From IMG/VR virus record IMGVR_UViG_2648501187_000001: DNA of 64,000 nt. One strand, given 5' to 3'. The translations under genes were made by a program, and so were the position numbers. Positions 9,841-19,168 of this stretch are shown here, piece by piece (position 1 is the stretch's first letter; every line of letters begins with the position of its first letter). The notes under the pieces were generated by a model, which was given only the letters and a program-made list of their open reading frames with translations, was not told the DNA's origin and ran no database searches. This DNA comes from an uncultured virus (IMG/VR IMGVR_UViG_2648501187_000001) (taxonomy: Duplodnaviria > Heunggongvirae > Uroviricota > Caudoviricetes).

Positions 9841-12800
9841 CTAGTCGAGCACCCACCCGTCGTCCGGATCCGCGGCGACGCTCACCGTCGCATCCCCGTC
9901 CGGGGCGGGCGTCTGGTCGACGACGCCCACCGGTTTCGGCCTGGCCGGCATGAGATCCGACCAGTCGACCGGCGTCGCGTCCGGCACGCCCGCCATGCGG
10001 GCCCGCACGTCCGCGTTCGGACCGCACCACCAGCATTGCACCATCTGCAGGCCGCGCCCCATGCGCTCGTACACGCCCCTGCCTTTCGGCATGCCGCCCG
10101 AATCCATGGCCTGGCGGATCAGCCGGTTCCCCTCCCTCTCGTTCTGCGCGCTCACGTTCCCCCTCACGTCGCCCGCGCCGACGAACAGGCGGCCCATCTG
10201 GTTCTTCGCCAGGCCCGCGTCCGGCAAAGCGTCCATGCTCTCCGCCTTCATCATCTGCGAGCCCAGGATCATCGTGATCCCCTGGGAGCGATGCTGGGTG
10301 AGGATATGGCTCACCGACGCGCCGATCCGGCGTTTCAGCCGGTCGCGCCACGCGTCCATCATGATCATGTTGTCCACATCCGGGTCGCCCGTCGGATTCC
10401 GTTTCACGCCCTTCGACAGTTCCAGGAGGCTCACGAACTCGTCCAGAAACACGATGATGCGCGGCGGGCGGATGCCGGCCGGCAGCATGTCGATGTTCTC
10501 CGCCCCATGCTCCTTCTGCAATGCGAGCCGGCGCCGCCCCTCACGGTCGATCCAGTCGAGCATGGCCGCGCACTCGTCCAACCCGGTCGCGAACCCGGAC
10601 AGTTTGCCTTTCACGGGCGCGAAATCGTTGCCCGACTTCACCGGATCGCCGACGAACGCCTGCCAGCCGTGCAACAGGGCGGCGTTCACCAGGGTGACGG
10701 CCGCGCTCGTCTTGCCGCTCATCGTCTGCCCGGTGATCAGCAGATGCGCCGTGTCATGAGGGTCGAACAGGACCGTGCGCCCGTCGTCGCCGACCGCGAA
10801 CGGCAGGCCCGTCGAATCCGGGTCCGCGCCCATGAGCCGCCAGTCCGCCATGACCCGTTCCGGCAGCGGATCCATGCGTGACAGGAGGAGCGTGAGCGGC
10901 GCATCTCCCCTGACGCGGCGCGCGTACATGAACCCGCCGGTCGCGCGGAACGCGTCCAGACGGCCCATCGCGCCCTCCACGCCCAGGCCGGCCGGCAGGG
11001 CGAACGACGCCTTGACGAGCCGGCCGCCCCCGTCCTCGACGCGCAGCGTGGTCACGGGACGCCCGTCCGCGCCCGTCGCCTTGGACGCGGCCCACGCCTC
11101 GTCCAGGCGCAGCCTGATCATCCGGTCCATGTCCCGGCGGGAACGCCAGTCGCGCGCGTCCATGCTCGGCACGCCGCCCGCCCACAGGATCGCATGCCCC
11201 TGGTCGCGCCACTCCCACAGCGTCTCGTCCGCACCCATCGCGCTTTTCAGACGTTCCTGCACGCGACGCAGATCCGACGCGGTCAGCCCGCCCTCCAGGC
11301 GGATCGGGATACGCCATGCGCTGTTCGCGCCCACGCCCAACTGGCTTGCGGCCCCGACCGTGGGCGGCGTTTTCAGGGCGAGCGCGCACGCGTGCGACAC
11401 GATGACGCGCGCCAGGAGGCTGCGCGCCCTCGAATCGCCGGTCAGGGCGCGCAGCGTGTCCGGCATCCCCCGGTTGTCGTCCGTGTTGGGCGCGTGCACG
11501 AACTGGAGGAGCCGGGAGCGGGGCCGGTCTCCTTCCAGCCAGGGCAGGAAGTCCGCGATCGGGCTTTCCGAGAACGCGCCGCGCAGGTTCGAACGCATGT
11601 AGTCGGCGGCCGTGTACGCGCGGCCTATCGCCATCGCGTACGATGTGATCCGCCAGCCGGCCGGATCGGCGATGGTTTCCGTGTTGTCGTGGAAGATCGT
11701 TTCGGGGGCGGGCAGTTTCACGGGTTCCAGGCCGCCCGACATGATCGATTTCAACCGTTTGTCCTCGCCGATCAGCCGCATGTAGCGGACCGGATCGTCA
11801 TGGCGGCGGGTCAGCGTGTCGGACATGAGCGGCCGCATCGTCTTCGGATCCCAGTCATAGGAGTCCCAGTTCGCGTCCACGCTCACCCAGCCGTGCCCGC
11901 CGCCCGGATCCGCGGTCACCAGTATGTTCTCCGTGTTCATCCAGTCGCCGAACGCGCCGGGCGCGGCCCCTTTCAGCCAGTCGCGGGAGATCATGTCCCA
12001 GTCGGCGTTCGACCCGTCGATGCGGAACGAGCGGACCGCGGGCCTGCCGTCCCGGGACGCGACGATCCTCACGTCCGTGACACGTCCGGGGAACGCGCCG
12101 TACATGGCGCCCATGCGCGTCTCGTCGACCATGAGGCGCGCTTCGAGCATCGTCCGGTCGGCGAGCAGGTCCGCCGGGTCGGGCGCGTCCGCGGGGCAGA
12201 CGGCGACCGTGACCCGCGTCCTGTCGCGCCCCATGAACGCGAAGCCCGCAAGCATGCCGTCCGCCTGGGTGACGGGCGTGAACGTCTTCATGGTCGAATC
12301 GTTCGCCCATTGGACGGCGTTCGACACGTCCAGTTGGAAGACGCGCGACCCGTCCGCGCCGACACGCGTGTCGTGCGCGCCGCCGGGCAGCGCGTCGAAC
12401 GGCGGCTTGTTCAGGCCCGCGATCCACCGGCCGACCATGAGGCGGCTCTCATAATCCGTATGGAAGCGTTTCCGGTTCGCCCGCCATGCGGGCCACATGG
12501 GGGCGGCGGCGCCCAGGCACATGAGCATGGGCATGGGCCACCAGACGCCCGTCCACGCGGATTGGAGGACGCCGAGAACGAGTCCCGCGCCCAGTCCCGT
12601 GAGTATCCACGGCAGCCGTTTCCTCGCCCATCTGACGCGCATGCGCCGCATGTTCGAATCCAGGCCGCGCACGGTGCAGGTCATGTCGCGGCGCTGCTGG
12701 CCGACGCCCATGACGGCCAGCCAGCAGGCCAGCATGTCCGCGCCCGCCATGATCGGACGCCACGTGCCGGACGCGGACGATATCCACCCGTAGTCGAGGC

Positions 12801-13134
12801 ATGCGATCGCCATGGCGGGCATCGCGTCCGCATACAGGGGAGACAGCCCGCCGTCGAGCCAACGGGAGGCGCGACGCCATGACGCCTCCATGCGCCGCTC
12901 CCTCTCGTCCCCGGGCGCCGGCCGGCCGTCCAGACCCTTGCCGGACAGGACGGGACGCCGGGCCGTCAGACGGGCCGCCAGCCAGCCCAGGCACCAGACG
13001 GTCATGCCCGGCAGACGGAACGCGGTCAGCATGAGCGCGACGACGAGCGTGAGGACACGGACGAACGCGTGCGGGCTGGACGGTTCGTCCCGTTTCGTTT
13101 TCGGCCGCGACCGGCCGTTCCGACGGTATGCCAT
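9841..13134 (-). CDS. FtsK/SpoIIIE (TcpA-like) DNA translocase/coupling ATPase
   Basis: N-terminal TM helices; HLLITGQTMSGKT Walker A; IIVFLDEF Walker B; RSQGI motif. Confidence 0.85.
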   Translation of the reverse strand: MAYRRNGRSRPKTKRDEPSSPHAFVRVLTLVVALMLTAFRLPGMTVWCLGWLAARLTARRPVLSGKGLDGRPAPGDERERRMEASWRRASRWLDGGLSPLYADAMPAMAIACLDYGWISSASGTWRPIMAGADMLACWLAVMGVGQQRRDMTCTVRGLDSNMRRMRVRWARKRLPWILTGLGAGLVLGVLQSAWTGVWWPMPMLMCLGAAAPMWPAWRANRKRFHTDYESRLMVGRWIAGLNKPPFDALPGGAHDTRVGADGSRVFQLDVSNAVQWANDSTMKTFTPVTQADGMLAGFAFMGRDRTRVTVAVCPADAPDPADLLADRTMLEARLMVDETRMGAMYGAFPGRVTDVRIVASRDGRPAVRSFRIDGSNADWDMISRDWLKGAAPGAFGDWMNTENILVTADPGGGHGWVSVDANWDSYDWDPKTMRPLMSDTLTRRHDDPVRYMRLIGEDKRLKSIMSGGLEPVKLPAPETIFHDNTETIADPAGWRITSYAMAIGRAYTAADYMRSNLRGAFSESPIADFLPWLEGDRPRSRLLQFVHAPNTDDNRGMPDTLRALTGDSRARSLLARVIVSHACALALKTPPTVGAASQLGVGANSAWRIPIRLEGGLTASDLRRVQERLKSAMGADETLWEWRDQGHAILWAGGVPSMDARDWRSRRDMDRMIRLRLDEAWAASKATGADGRPVTTLRVEDGGGRLVKASFALPAGLGVEGAMGRLDAFRATGGFMYARRVRGDAPLTLLLSRMDPLPERVMADWRLMGADPDSTGLPFAVGDDGRTVLFDPHDTAHLLITGQTMSGKTSAAVTLVNAALLHGWQAFVGDPVKSGNDFAPVKGKLSGFATGLDECAAMLDWIDREGRRRLALQKEHGAENIDMLPAGIRPPRIIVFLDEFVSLLELSKGVKRNPTGDPDVDNMIMMDAWRDRLKRRIGASVSHILTQHRSQGITMILGSQMMKAESMDALPDAGLAKNQMGRLFVGAGDVRGNVSAQNEREGNRLIRQAMDSGGMPKGRGVYERMGRGLQMVQCWWCGPNADVRARMAGVPDATPVDWSDLMPARPKPVGVVDQTPAPDGDATVSVAADPDDGWVLD

Positions 13135-13198
13135 GCGCGCCGCCTATGCCGGCCCGCGCATAGGCGCCCCCCGCAGACGACCACGGAAAGGAGCCATC

Positions 13199-14473
13199 AT
13201 GGGCGTGGACAGGAACGGGAGGAGCCACAGGCCGAGCGGACTGCCGCAGGGGTATGCGGGCACGTTCGACAGGACGGGCGGGGATGCGGGCGGCGACGTG
13301 GCCCCGCCCGACCCGCTGATCGCCATGGCGAGCGAAAGCATGCGCATGCGCGCGCTGACCGACCATACACAGGTGAAAAGCGCGTCGGAGACGCGGGGCC
13401 TGCTCGACATGGCCGACCATGTCGAATACGGGCCGGACGGCGCGATCCTGTACGACGGGGACGGGAACATCCTGTTCCGTGAGGATCCGTCCGTGCCCGG
13501 ACTCGACTCGACGGTGATGCGGCACGATCCGAAAACGCAGGCCGCGGTTCGAGCCGCGTTCCAGGCGGACCTGGGCGAATACCCGGCCGCCGGCCGGCGC
13601 GCCCTGATCCGTGCCGCGAACCGGCATGCGAGCGCGTATTCACGGCGCCGCGCCATCGATTCGAGCCCGAACCGCAGGTATCTGCCCGCATCCACGATCG
13701 CGTCGAGCCTCGCCCGGCGTGCCGACCGGGACACGGCGGACCGGATCCTGCGCGAACTGCACTACGAGGACGCGAACGCGAGCGCGAACGTGATCCGCGC
13801 CGGCTACCCGGACGACAAGGCGAGCGCGTTCAAATTCATCAACTACACGAAGATCCGACGCGACAAGGACGGCAGGCCGGTGCACGGCGAATGGACCGAC
13901 CGGGACGGGAAGCGCAAGAGCGGGATCATGCCCGAACCGCGGGGGGCCGCGTCCCGCGCCTACCTCAGGATGCTGTACCAGCCGACCGACGGCGTCCCCT
14001 CGAAGCAGGAGTGCGACCGCATGGCCCACGTGTTCGCCCGCATGGACGATCCGGACATCCAGGCCAGGGCGTTCTGGAACCTGTGCCACGGCAACGCGAA
14101 CCCGGACGACCGGTGGGACGACGTGAACTTCGAAATCGGGCTGATCGGCCAGAAAAGGACGGACAGGGGCGGCGCCGCGCTGCTCGACGCGTACAGCCGG
14201 CGCAAAGGCGGTCAGGGCAACGCGGCGCGCATGCTCGCCTACAGGAAATGCATGAGCCGTGACGCGGCCGTCCGTTTCCTCGCCATGGACGACATGGACG
14301 CGCGGCGCGCGCACACCCAGTACACGCGCCGCCGTCGCAGCAGGACGACGGGGCTCATGGAGGACGTGAAGCCGAAACGGCTCACCGAGATGCGCGCGTT
14401 CATCCACGCGGTCTACCAGATCCCCAACCGTGAGGTCGACGAGTACCGGGCCGTACGGGACGCGGACGCGTGA
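13199..14473 (+). CDS. Hypothetical protein with N-terminal DRNxRxHR-GLPQG-AGTF tag
   Basis: SD GGAAAGGAG precedes ATG 13199; the N-terminus is shared with ORFs at 50344, 57821 and 47979. Confidence 0.75.
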   Translation: MGVDRNGRSHRPSGLPQGYAGTFDRTGGDAGGDVAPPDPLIAMASESMRMRALTDHTQVKSASETRGLLDMADHVEYGPDGAILYDGDGNILFREDPSVPGLDSTVMRHDPKTQAAVRAAFQADLGEYPAAGRRALIRAANRHASAYSRRRAIDSSPNRRYLPASTIASSLARRADRDTADRILRELHYEDANASANVIRAGYPDDKASAFKFINYTKIRRDKDGRPVHGEWTDRDGKRKSGIMPEPRGAASRAYLRMLYQPTDGVPSKQECDRMAHVFARMDDPDIQARAFWNLCHGNANPDDRWDDVNFEIGLIGQKRTDRGGAALLDAYSRRKGGQGNAARMLAYRKCMSRDAAVRFLAMDDMDARRAHTQYTRRRRSRTTGLMEDVKPKRLTEMRAFIHAVYQIPNREVDEYRAVRDADA

Positions 14474-14487
14474 CGATCATGGAAGAA

Positions 14488-14551
14488 AAGAGAGGGGCCG
14501 TCCGGTTCCCGCCTGCCCCGATGGGGTTGCGGGACCGGACGGCCCCTCTTC
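14488..14551. terminator. Inverted repeat between convergent genes
   Basis: AGAGGGGCCGTCCGGT ... ACCGGACGGCCCCTCT. Confidence 0.7.
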
Positions 14552-14569
14552 CTGTGCCGGAACGGCCCG

Positions 14570-14863
14570 TCATGCGACGGGTCGGGGTTCGGCGGGCTCC
14601 CAGTCCTCGCCGATCTCCTCCTCGTTGACCCAGTCGCGCTCCCACAGGGAGTAGCCGCCGGCCAGCGTGTATTCCACGCCGGTCAGGCCGTTCAGGTCGG
14701 CCACGTGCAACGCGTCCTCCTTGGACGCGCACCATGTGGCGTTCTGCGCGTCCGGCTCCCATGCGCCGTCCGTGCCGTCAAGGTCGGCGTCGTACAGCCA
14801 TGCGCCGTCCATATCGCGGCGCACCGCGTATTCGACGCCGCCCTTACCGTTCAATCGGACCAT
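14570..14863 (-). CDS. Small acidic hypothetical protein
   Basis: SD GAAAGGAAG; GCATAG box upstream at ~14909; protein-like composition. Confidence 0.65.
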   Translation of the reverse strand: MVRLNGKGGVEYAVRRDMDGAWLYDADLDGTDGAWEPDAQNATWCASKEDALHVADLNGLTGVEYTLAGGYSLWERDWVNEEEIGEDWEPAEPRPVA

Positions 14864-14908
14864 GTCGTCTTCCTTTCGTCCATGATTGATGCCGTTTTCC
14901 GAAGCCCG

Positions 14909-16615
14909 CTATGCGTCCCCGCGCAGCATGCGCGTGGATTCGGCGAGCATGAGGGCCGCGAGGCGTCCCGCGGCGCGGATGCGTTCCAGCCGGGCGTCCA
15001 GCGTCCCCTCCCCGTCCCCGTCATGGTCGAGGATGAGGCGCAGCACGCGTTCCACGTCGCGGGCGAGCGTGGAGTCCAGCCACGCGAACAGGGCGGCCCG
15101 TTCCGGCCGGCCTTCGGCCAGTCCGGGCACGTCGGGCACGATCGGCCCGTACGCCTTGCGCGCCGCCGCCCATTGGACGCGCAGCAGTTCCAGCGCGATC
15201 GGGCGGATGCGTTCCGTATGCCCGTCGGCGAGCAGGCCGGCGCGGGCGAACGTGAGCGTCAGCTGCGTGAACCCGTATCCGGCGACGTTGAACCCGTGTT
15301 CCGACCAGGACGGGTCGTACGGCCTGCGCTCCGCGAGCGTCACCTCCGGCACGGGCTCCGGCTCGGATGCGGCGGATTCCGGCGCCTGTTCCGGCACGGG
15401 TTCCGGCTTCGCCTCCGGATCCGTCGCGGGTTCCGTCCCGGATGCGACGGGTTCCGGCTTCGGCGTCGGATTCCACGGATCCTCGCCCGGACCCGAACCC
15501 ATCCACCGGTCCATCGTCTCACGCCCCTGCGGCGTCTCCCACGGATCCGGCGCCGGGGCGGGCAGGCCCGCGCGAGGACGCGCCACGGCCTCCCCCTCCG
15601 GCCCCGAGGGCTTCGCCTCCGCGACGGGGGCGTCCAATCCGAACAGATCAAGCATGACGGGCTCCTTTCCCACATGATTCCAACCGCCGGTATGCGTCCC
15701 CGCGAACCCGACGCGCGGATCGTCCGGACCGACGCTCGACAAGGCGTCCCGCCGGCCCGACGGTATGATCCGGGCCAGCGGGCAGGCGCGCGCCACCGGA
15801 CACCAGGCGCACAGGCCCGACGGCCTCAACGGCAGGACGCCGTCCCCGTCCGCGCCCGTCGCGCGCACAATCCCGTCCCATGCATGATGGAAACGGGACA
15901 CGGTGTCCGTGCACGCCGCATCCGACAGGTCCGCGGCCGCCCACGCATGATGCTCCACATACACGTCACGCGCCGCACGCACCTCGCACACGCCGTTCGC
16001 CTCCAGCATCAGCCGGTACAGGCGCAGCTGGTCCGCATGCCGCCGGCGGGCGTCACGGTACTTCGGCGTGCCGCCCGTCTTCCAATCCACCACCGTGCCG
16101 TCCACGTCACGATAGTCCACGGCGCCACGCAACGGGATGCCGTCGACATCCGCCTCCAGATCCTGCTCCAACGCGGCCGGCTCCAACACGCGGCCCAACG
16201 CGTCCGTCAAAACGAACCCCGACAGCTTCGCCGCCGCGGCCCCCACCCAATCATCCTGCGTGGCGGGCGAACCGTCCGGCATCGCCACGCCGGGCGGGAT
16301 CGGCTCATCGCCCCAACCCCGCGCCCTCCACCGCTCGTACTCCACGCCGACGCCCCTGGCGCACAGGGCCCGCCAATCCGGGGCGACACGATCCGGCGTA
16401 CGGCAGGCAAGCTCCAACGCGGCGTGCGCGATGCCGCCCAGGACGAGCGGACTGCCCCACAGACGGGGCTTCGGCATCAGCTTCTCCGCCGCCCAACGCG
16501 CCGGGCACGACATCCACTTGTCCAACGCGCTGAACGACGCGTGCGAGGGACGCGCCAGACGCGCACGGGCGACACCCGCCCCCATATCGAACGTCATCAA
16601 CAGTTCATCACTCAT
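14909..16615 (-). CDS. PD-(D/E)XK (RecB/Cas4-like) nuclease fused in frame to a second acidic/Pro-rich domain
   Basis: SFSALDKWMSCPARW, LRGAVD, VVDWKTG, QLRLY and CAWCPVARAC (Fe-S-type Cys). Start is MSDELL at 16615; a separate SD+ATG lies at 15655. Confidence 0.8.
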   Translation of the reverse strand: MSDELLMTFDMGAGVARARLARPSHASFSALDKWMSCPARWAAEKLMPKPRLWGSPLVLGGIAHAALELACRTPDRVAPDWRALCARGVGVEYERWRARGWGDEPIPPGVAMPDGSPATQDDWVGAAAAKLSGFVLTDALGRVLEPAALEQDLEADVDGIPLRGAVDYRDVDGTVVDWKTGGTPKYRDARRRHADQLRLYRLMLEANGVCEVRAARDVYVEHHAWAAADLSDAACTDTVSRFHHAWDGIVRATGADGDGVLPLRPSGLCAWCPVARACPLARIIPSGRRDALSSVGPDDPRVGFAGTHTGGWNHVGKEPVMLDLFGLDAPVAEAKPSGPEGEAVARPRAGLPAPAPDPWETPQGRETMDRWMGSGPGEDPWNPTPKPEPVASGTEPATDPEAKPEPVPEQAPESAASEPEPVPEVTLAERRPYDPSWSEHGFNVAGYGFTQLTLTFARAGLLADGHTERIRPIALELLRVQWAAARKAYGPIVPDVPGLAEGRPERAALFAWLDSTLARDVERVLRLILDHDGDGEGTLDARLERIRAAGRLAALMLAESTRMLRGDA

Positions 16616-16637
16616 ACGCGCGCTTATGCGTCCCCCG

Positions 16638-16702
16638 AAAAAAAACAGGCCGGGGCCCGCCGGCCCCCTCCCGGAAAAGGAAGGGGACGACGGGCCCCGG
16701 CC
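16638..16702 (-). terminator. Rho-independent terminator
   Basis: GGCCGGGGCCCG ... CGGGCCCCGGCC hairpin followed by a T run on the minus strand. Confidence 0.6.
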
Positions 16703-16717
16703 CATGTCGCCGCCGGT

Positions 16718-17035
16718 TCAGGCGGCGAGCCTCCACGCATGGTCCAGGCACTCCCACAAGGGGCAGTACCGGCGCGACGCCCACTCGAACCCCCTGAACG
16801 GGGGGACGGTCAGTCGCGGGTCGATCCGCGCGAGCTCCCTGTCGCACAACGGGACGCCCAGACGGCGCAGCCACGGCAGACGCGCCATCGCCGCCCTCAC
16901 CATGCGCGCGTCATACGAGCCGTCCGCCGACGGCCGGGGCAGCGCATGATGTTCGGACAGGAGCGGGAGGAACGATTCCGGCACGTCCAAAAGACGCGCC
17001 GTCTGGCCCGCGGCCAGCATGCCCGGCATCACCAT
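16718..17035 (-). CDS. Small putative helix-turn-helix protein
   Basis: MLAAGQTARLLDV resembles an excisionase/MerR-type HTH start; translationally coupled to the upstream ORF. Confidence 0.5.
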   Translation of the reverse strand: MVMPGMLAAGQTARLLDVPESFLPLLSEHHALPRPSADGSYDARMVRAAMARLPWLRRLGVPLCDRELARIDPRLTVPPFRGFEWASRRYCPLWECLDHAWRLAA

Positions 17036-17604
17036 CAGGCCAGCCCCCTGACCGCATCCACATCCAGGCCGGGCGCGGCGGACGCCAGCGCGTACTGCAG
17101 GTCGGTGGGCGACGAGCCCGTCGGCTTGACCGAACCCGCCAGATCCGGGTCGAGCGCGAGCGCGACCCTGGCGGCGCGCCTGACGCCCGCCATGTCCTTC
17201 TCCAACGCCTGGCCGACCAGGATCGCGCGTCGCAGCGGATCCGTCTCGTCATGCCATGCGACAAGCAGGCCGACCGGCGCCGACAGGCCGCCCTTCAACA
17301 CGGCCAGGGCGAGACGGTCCGCATCGTCCGCGTCCACGTCCGCGGCGGACGCGACCACGCGGCGCGTCCGCCCGTCGTCCAGCAGGGCCAGCGCCTCGCG
17401 CGCCTGACGCACCCGATCCGCGGTCCACGCGAACGCGGGGCGCGCGCGTTTCGGACGCGGCCTCGCCTCCACGGCCTTCGGCTCCGCCGGCCCCGCGTCG
17501 GACTGCGGTTCCGGCGCGGCCGGAACATCCGGCGCGGGTTCCGGCACGGGTTCGGGCTGCGGGTCGAAACCGTTCCAACCCCGATCACCATCGAACATCG
17601 ACAT
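17035..17604 (-). CDS. Hypothetical protein
   Basis: SD GAAGGAG; GCATAG box at ~17649. Confidence 0.7.
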   Translation of the reverse strand: MSMFDGDRGWNGFDPQPEPVPEPAPDVPAAPEPQSDAGPAEPKAVEARPRPKRARPAFAWTADRVRQAREALALLDDGRTRRVVASAADVDADDADRLALAVLKGGLSAPVGLLVAWHDETDPLRRAILVGQALEKDMAGVRRAARVALALDPDLAGSVKPTGSSPTDLQYALASAAPGLDVDAVRGLA

Positions 17605-17969
17605 GCTATTGCTCCTTCAATCCAGGGACGGATATCGTCACGCCGCCCCTATGCGCGTGCGACGCATCATGCCACGCCCCGTCGAACAGACGGCGGCGCG
17701 GCCCCCGGGCATCCGGCGCAAGCCGCGGACGAAAACGAAAAAAAGGAGACAAAGAAAAGGAAAAAGAGAAAAAGAGCAAAAGAGGAAAACACGATACGAC
17801 ACCATCCCATCAGCCATCAGAAAAAAAAGACAGGACACCGACACCCAGGAACACACGCGACGGACACCACACCATAACGGAAACCACACCACAAAACAGC
17901 ACCACATCAAGGGGAGGGATCGTTTTCCCTTGCAAAAAACCGGGTTTCGGGGGCGCATAGCCGCCCGCC

Positions 17970-18761
17970 ATGACTCAGGCGGCTATCACGTTCGTGACCG
18001 GCGGATCCGGCGGCATCGGCAAAAGCACCGCCGCCCGCATGCTCGCCCACGCGCTCGGCTCCGCCCGGCTGCGCACCGCGCTCGTCGACGGCAACCCCGG
18101 ACAGCAGTCCCAACGCGCCTGGCTGAACGTCCCCGATTCGAAGGCGTTGGAATACGCGTTCGTCGACGGATTGCAGTCCGCGCTCGTCCGGCCCCGGGAC
18201 ACGGGCGGCATGTTCGCGCTGCTCGCCGGACCCGCCGACCCGCATTCCAGGGACATGACCCACGACTACCTGGAAGCGGTCATCGGACTGCGGGCCATGT
18301 GCGACATGATCGTCGTGGACGCGGACCGTGTCGACGGGCGCCTGTGGGACGATCCCGCTTCGTTCGCGGGCGGCGTCATGCGGCCCATGGTCGAGACGGG
18401 CGGGGCGCGCATCCTGTTCAGGATCGGCCAGTCCGGCTCGCAGACGGACGACGGGCTCGCCGCATTGGACGCGATCCGCCGGCCGGACCGGATCCGCGCG
18501 GTGGCGGTCGCGCCTCCCGGCGTGAAGCCGTGGCCGGCCCGCCGCTGGCGGGCATTGCTCGACGGGCTCGCCGAATACGGGGGCGTGGACGAATGGGATG
18601 AGGCGAGCCGCCGGCTCATCGACTCGCATGCGTGCGGATGGGCGCATGGCATGGAACCGGATTGGCTGCGCGGCGCATGCATATGGATGGGCGTCGACCC
18701 TCATGCATGGAACCCGGCGGAGGGGGGACGATCATGGCTGCCATGGTCCCGGACGCGATGA
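17970..18761 (+). CDS. parA: ParA/MinD-family ATPase
   Basis: TGGSGGIGKST deviant Walker A; ALVDGNP; DMIVVD. Confidence 0.75.
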   Translation: MTQAAITFVTGGSGGIGKSTAARMLAHALGSARLRTALVDGNPGQQSQRAWLNVPDSKALEYAFVDGLQSALVRPRDTGGMFALLAGPADPHSRDMTHDYLEAVIGLRAMCDMIVVDADRVDGRLWDDPASFAGGVMRPMVETGGARILFRIGQSGSQTDDGLAALDAIRRPDRIRAVAVAPPGVKPWPARRWRALLDGLAEYGGVDEWDEASRRLIDSHACGWAHGMEPDWLRGACIWMGVDPHAWNPAEGGRSWLPWSRTR

Positions 18762-19168
18762 GCGGCGTCCAGGCGGCGCGGGACGCGAACCTGATACGCG
18801 CGGAGGCCTTGGTCGCGGTGCGCGCGAAGGCGGAGCGCGGGGATTTCACGCATGCCCTGTCCGACCTGCTGCGTGACGCGTTGGGATCGAGGCCGCTGCT
18901 GCGCCTGCACATCTGGCGTGTCGAACAGGCCGCGTTCGACAATCGGACGGCGACATGCAAACGGCATGCGCGCATCGCGGCCGGATGGTGCGGGGTGGAC
19001 GGGGCGCGCGCCGGATCCCTGACGCTCGCCTGGCTGTTGGACGAGCGGACGGGCGGCGCGAGGCTCGCCGCATGGCTGCTCGCCATCAGCCTGGACATGC
19101 GTGACGCGCATGGCGGGCACGCGTTCCGCCTGTCCGGCCCGGACCCGTTCGCGCATGTACGCTCCTAG
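18758..19168 (+). CDS. Hypothetical protein coupled to parA
   Basis: ATGA overlap with the parA stop. Confidence 0.6.
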   Translation: MSGVQAARDANLIRAEALVAVRAKAERGDFTHALSDLLRDALGSRPLLRLHIWRVEQAAFDNRTATCKRHARIAAGWCGVDGARAGSLTLAWLLDERTGGARLAAWLLAISLDMRDAHGGHAFRLSGPDPFAHVRS

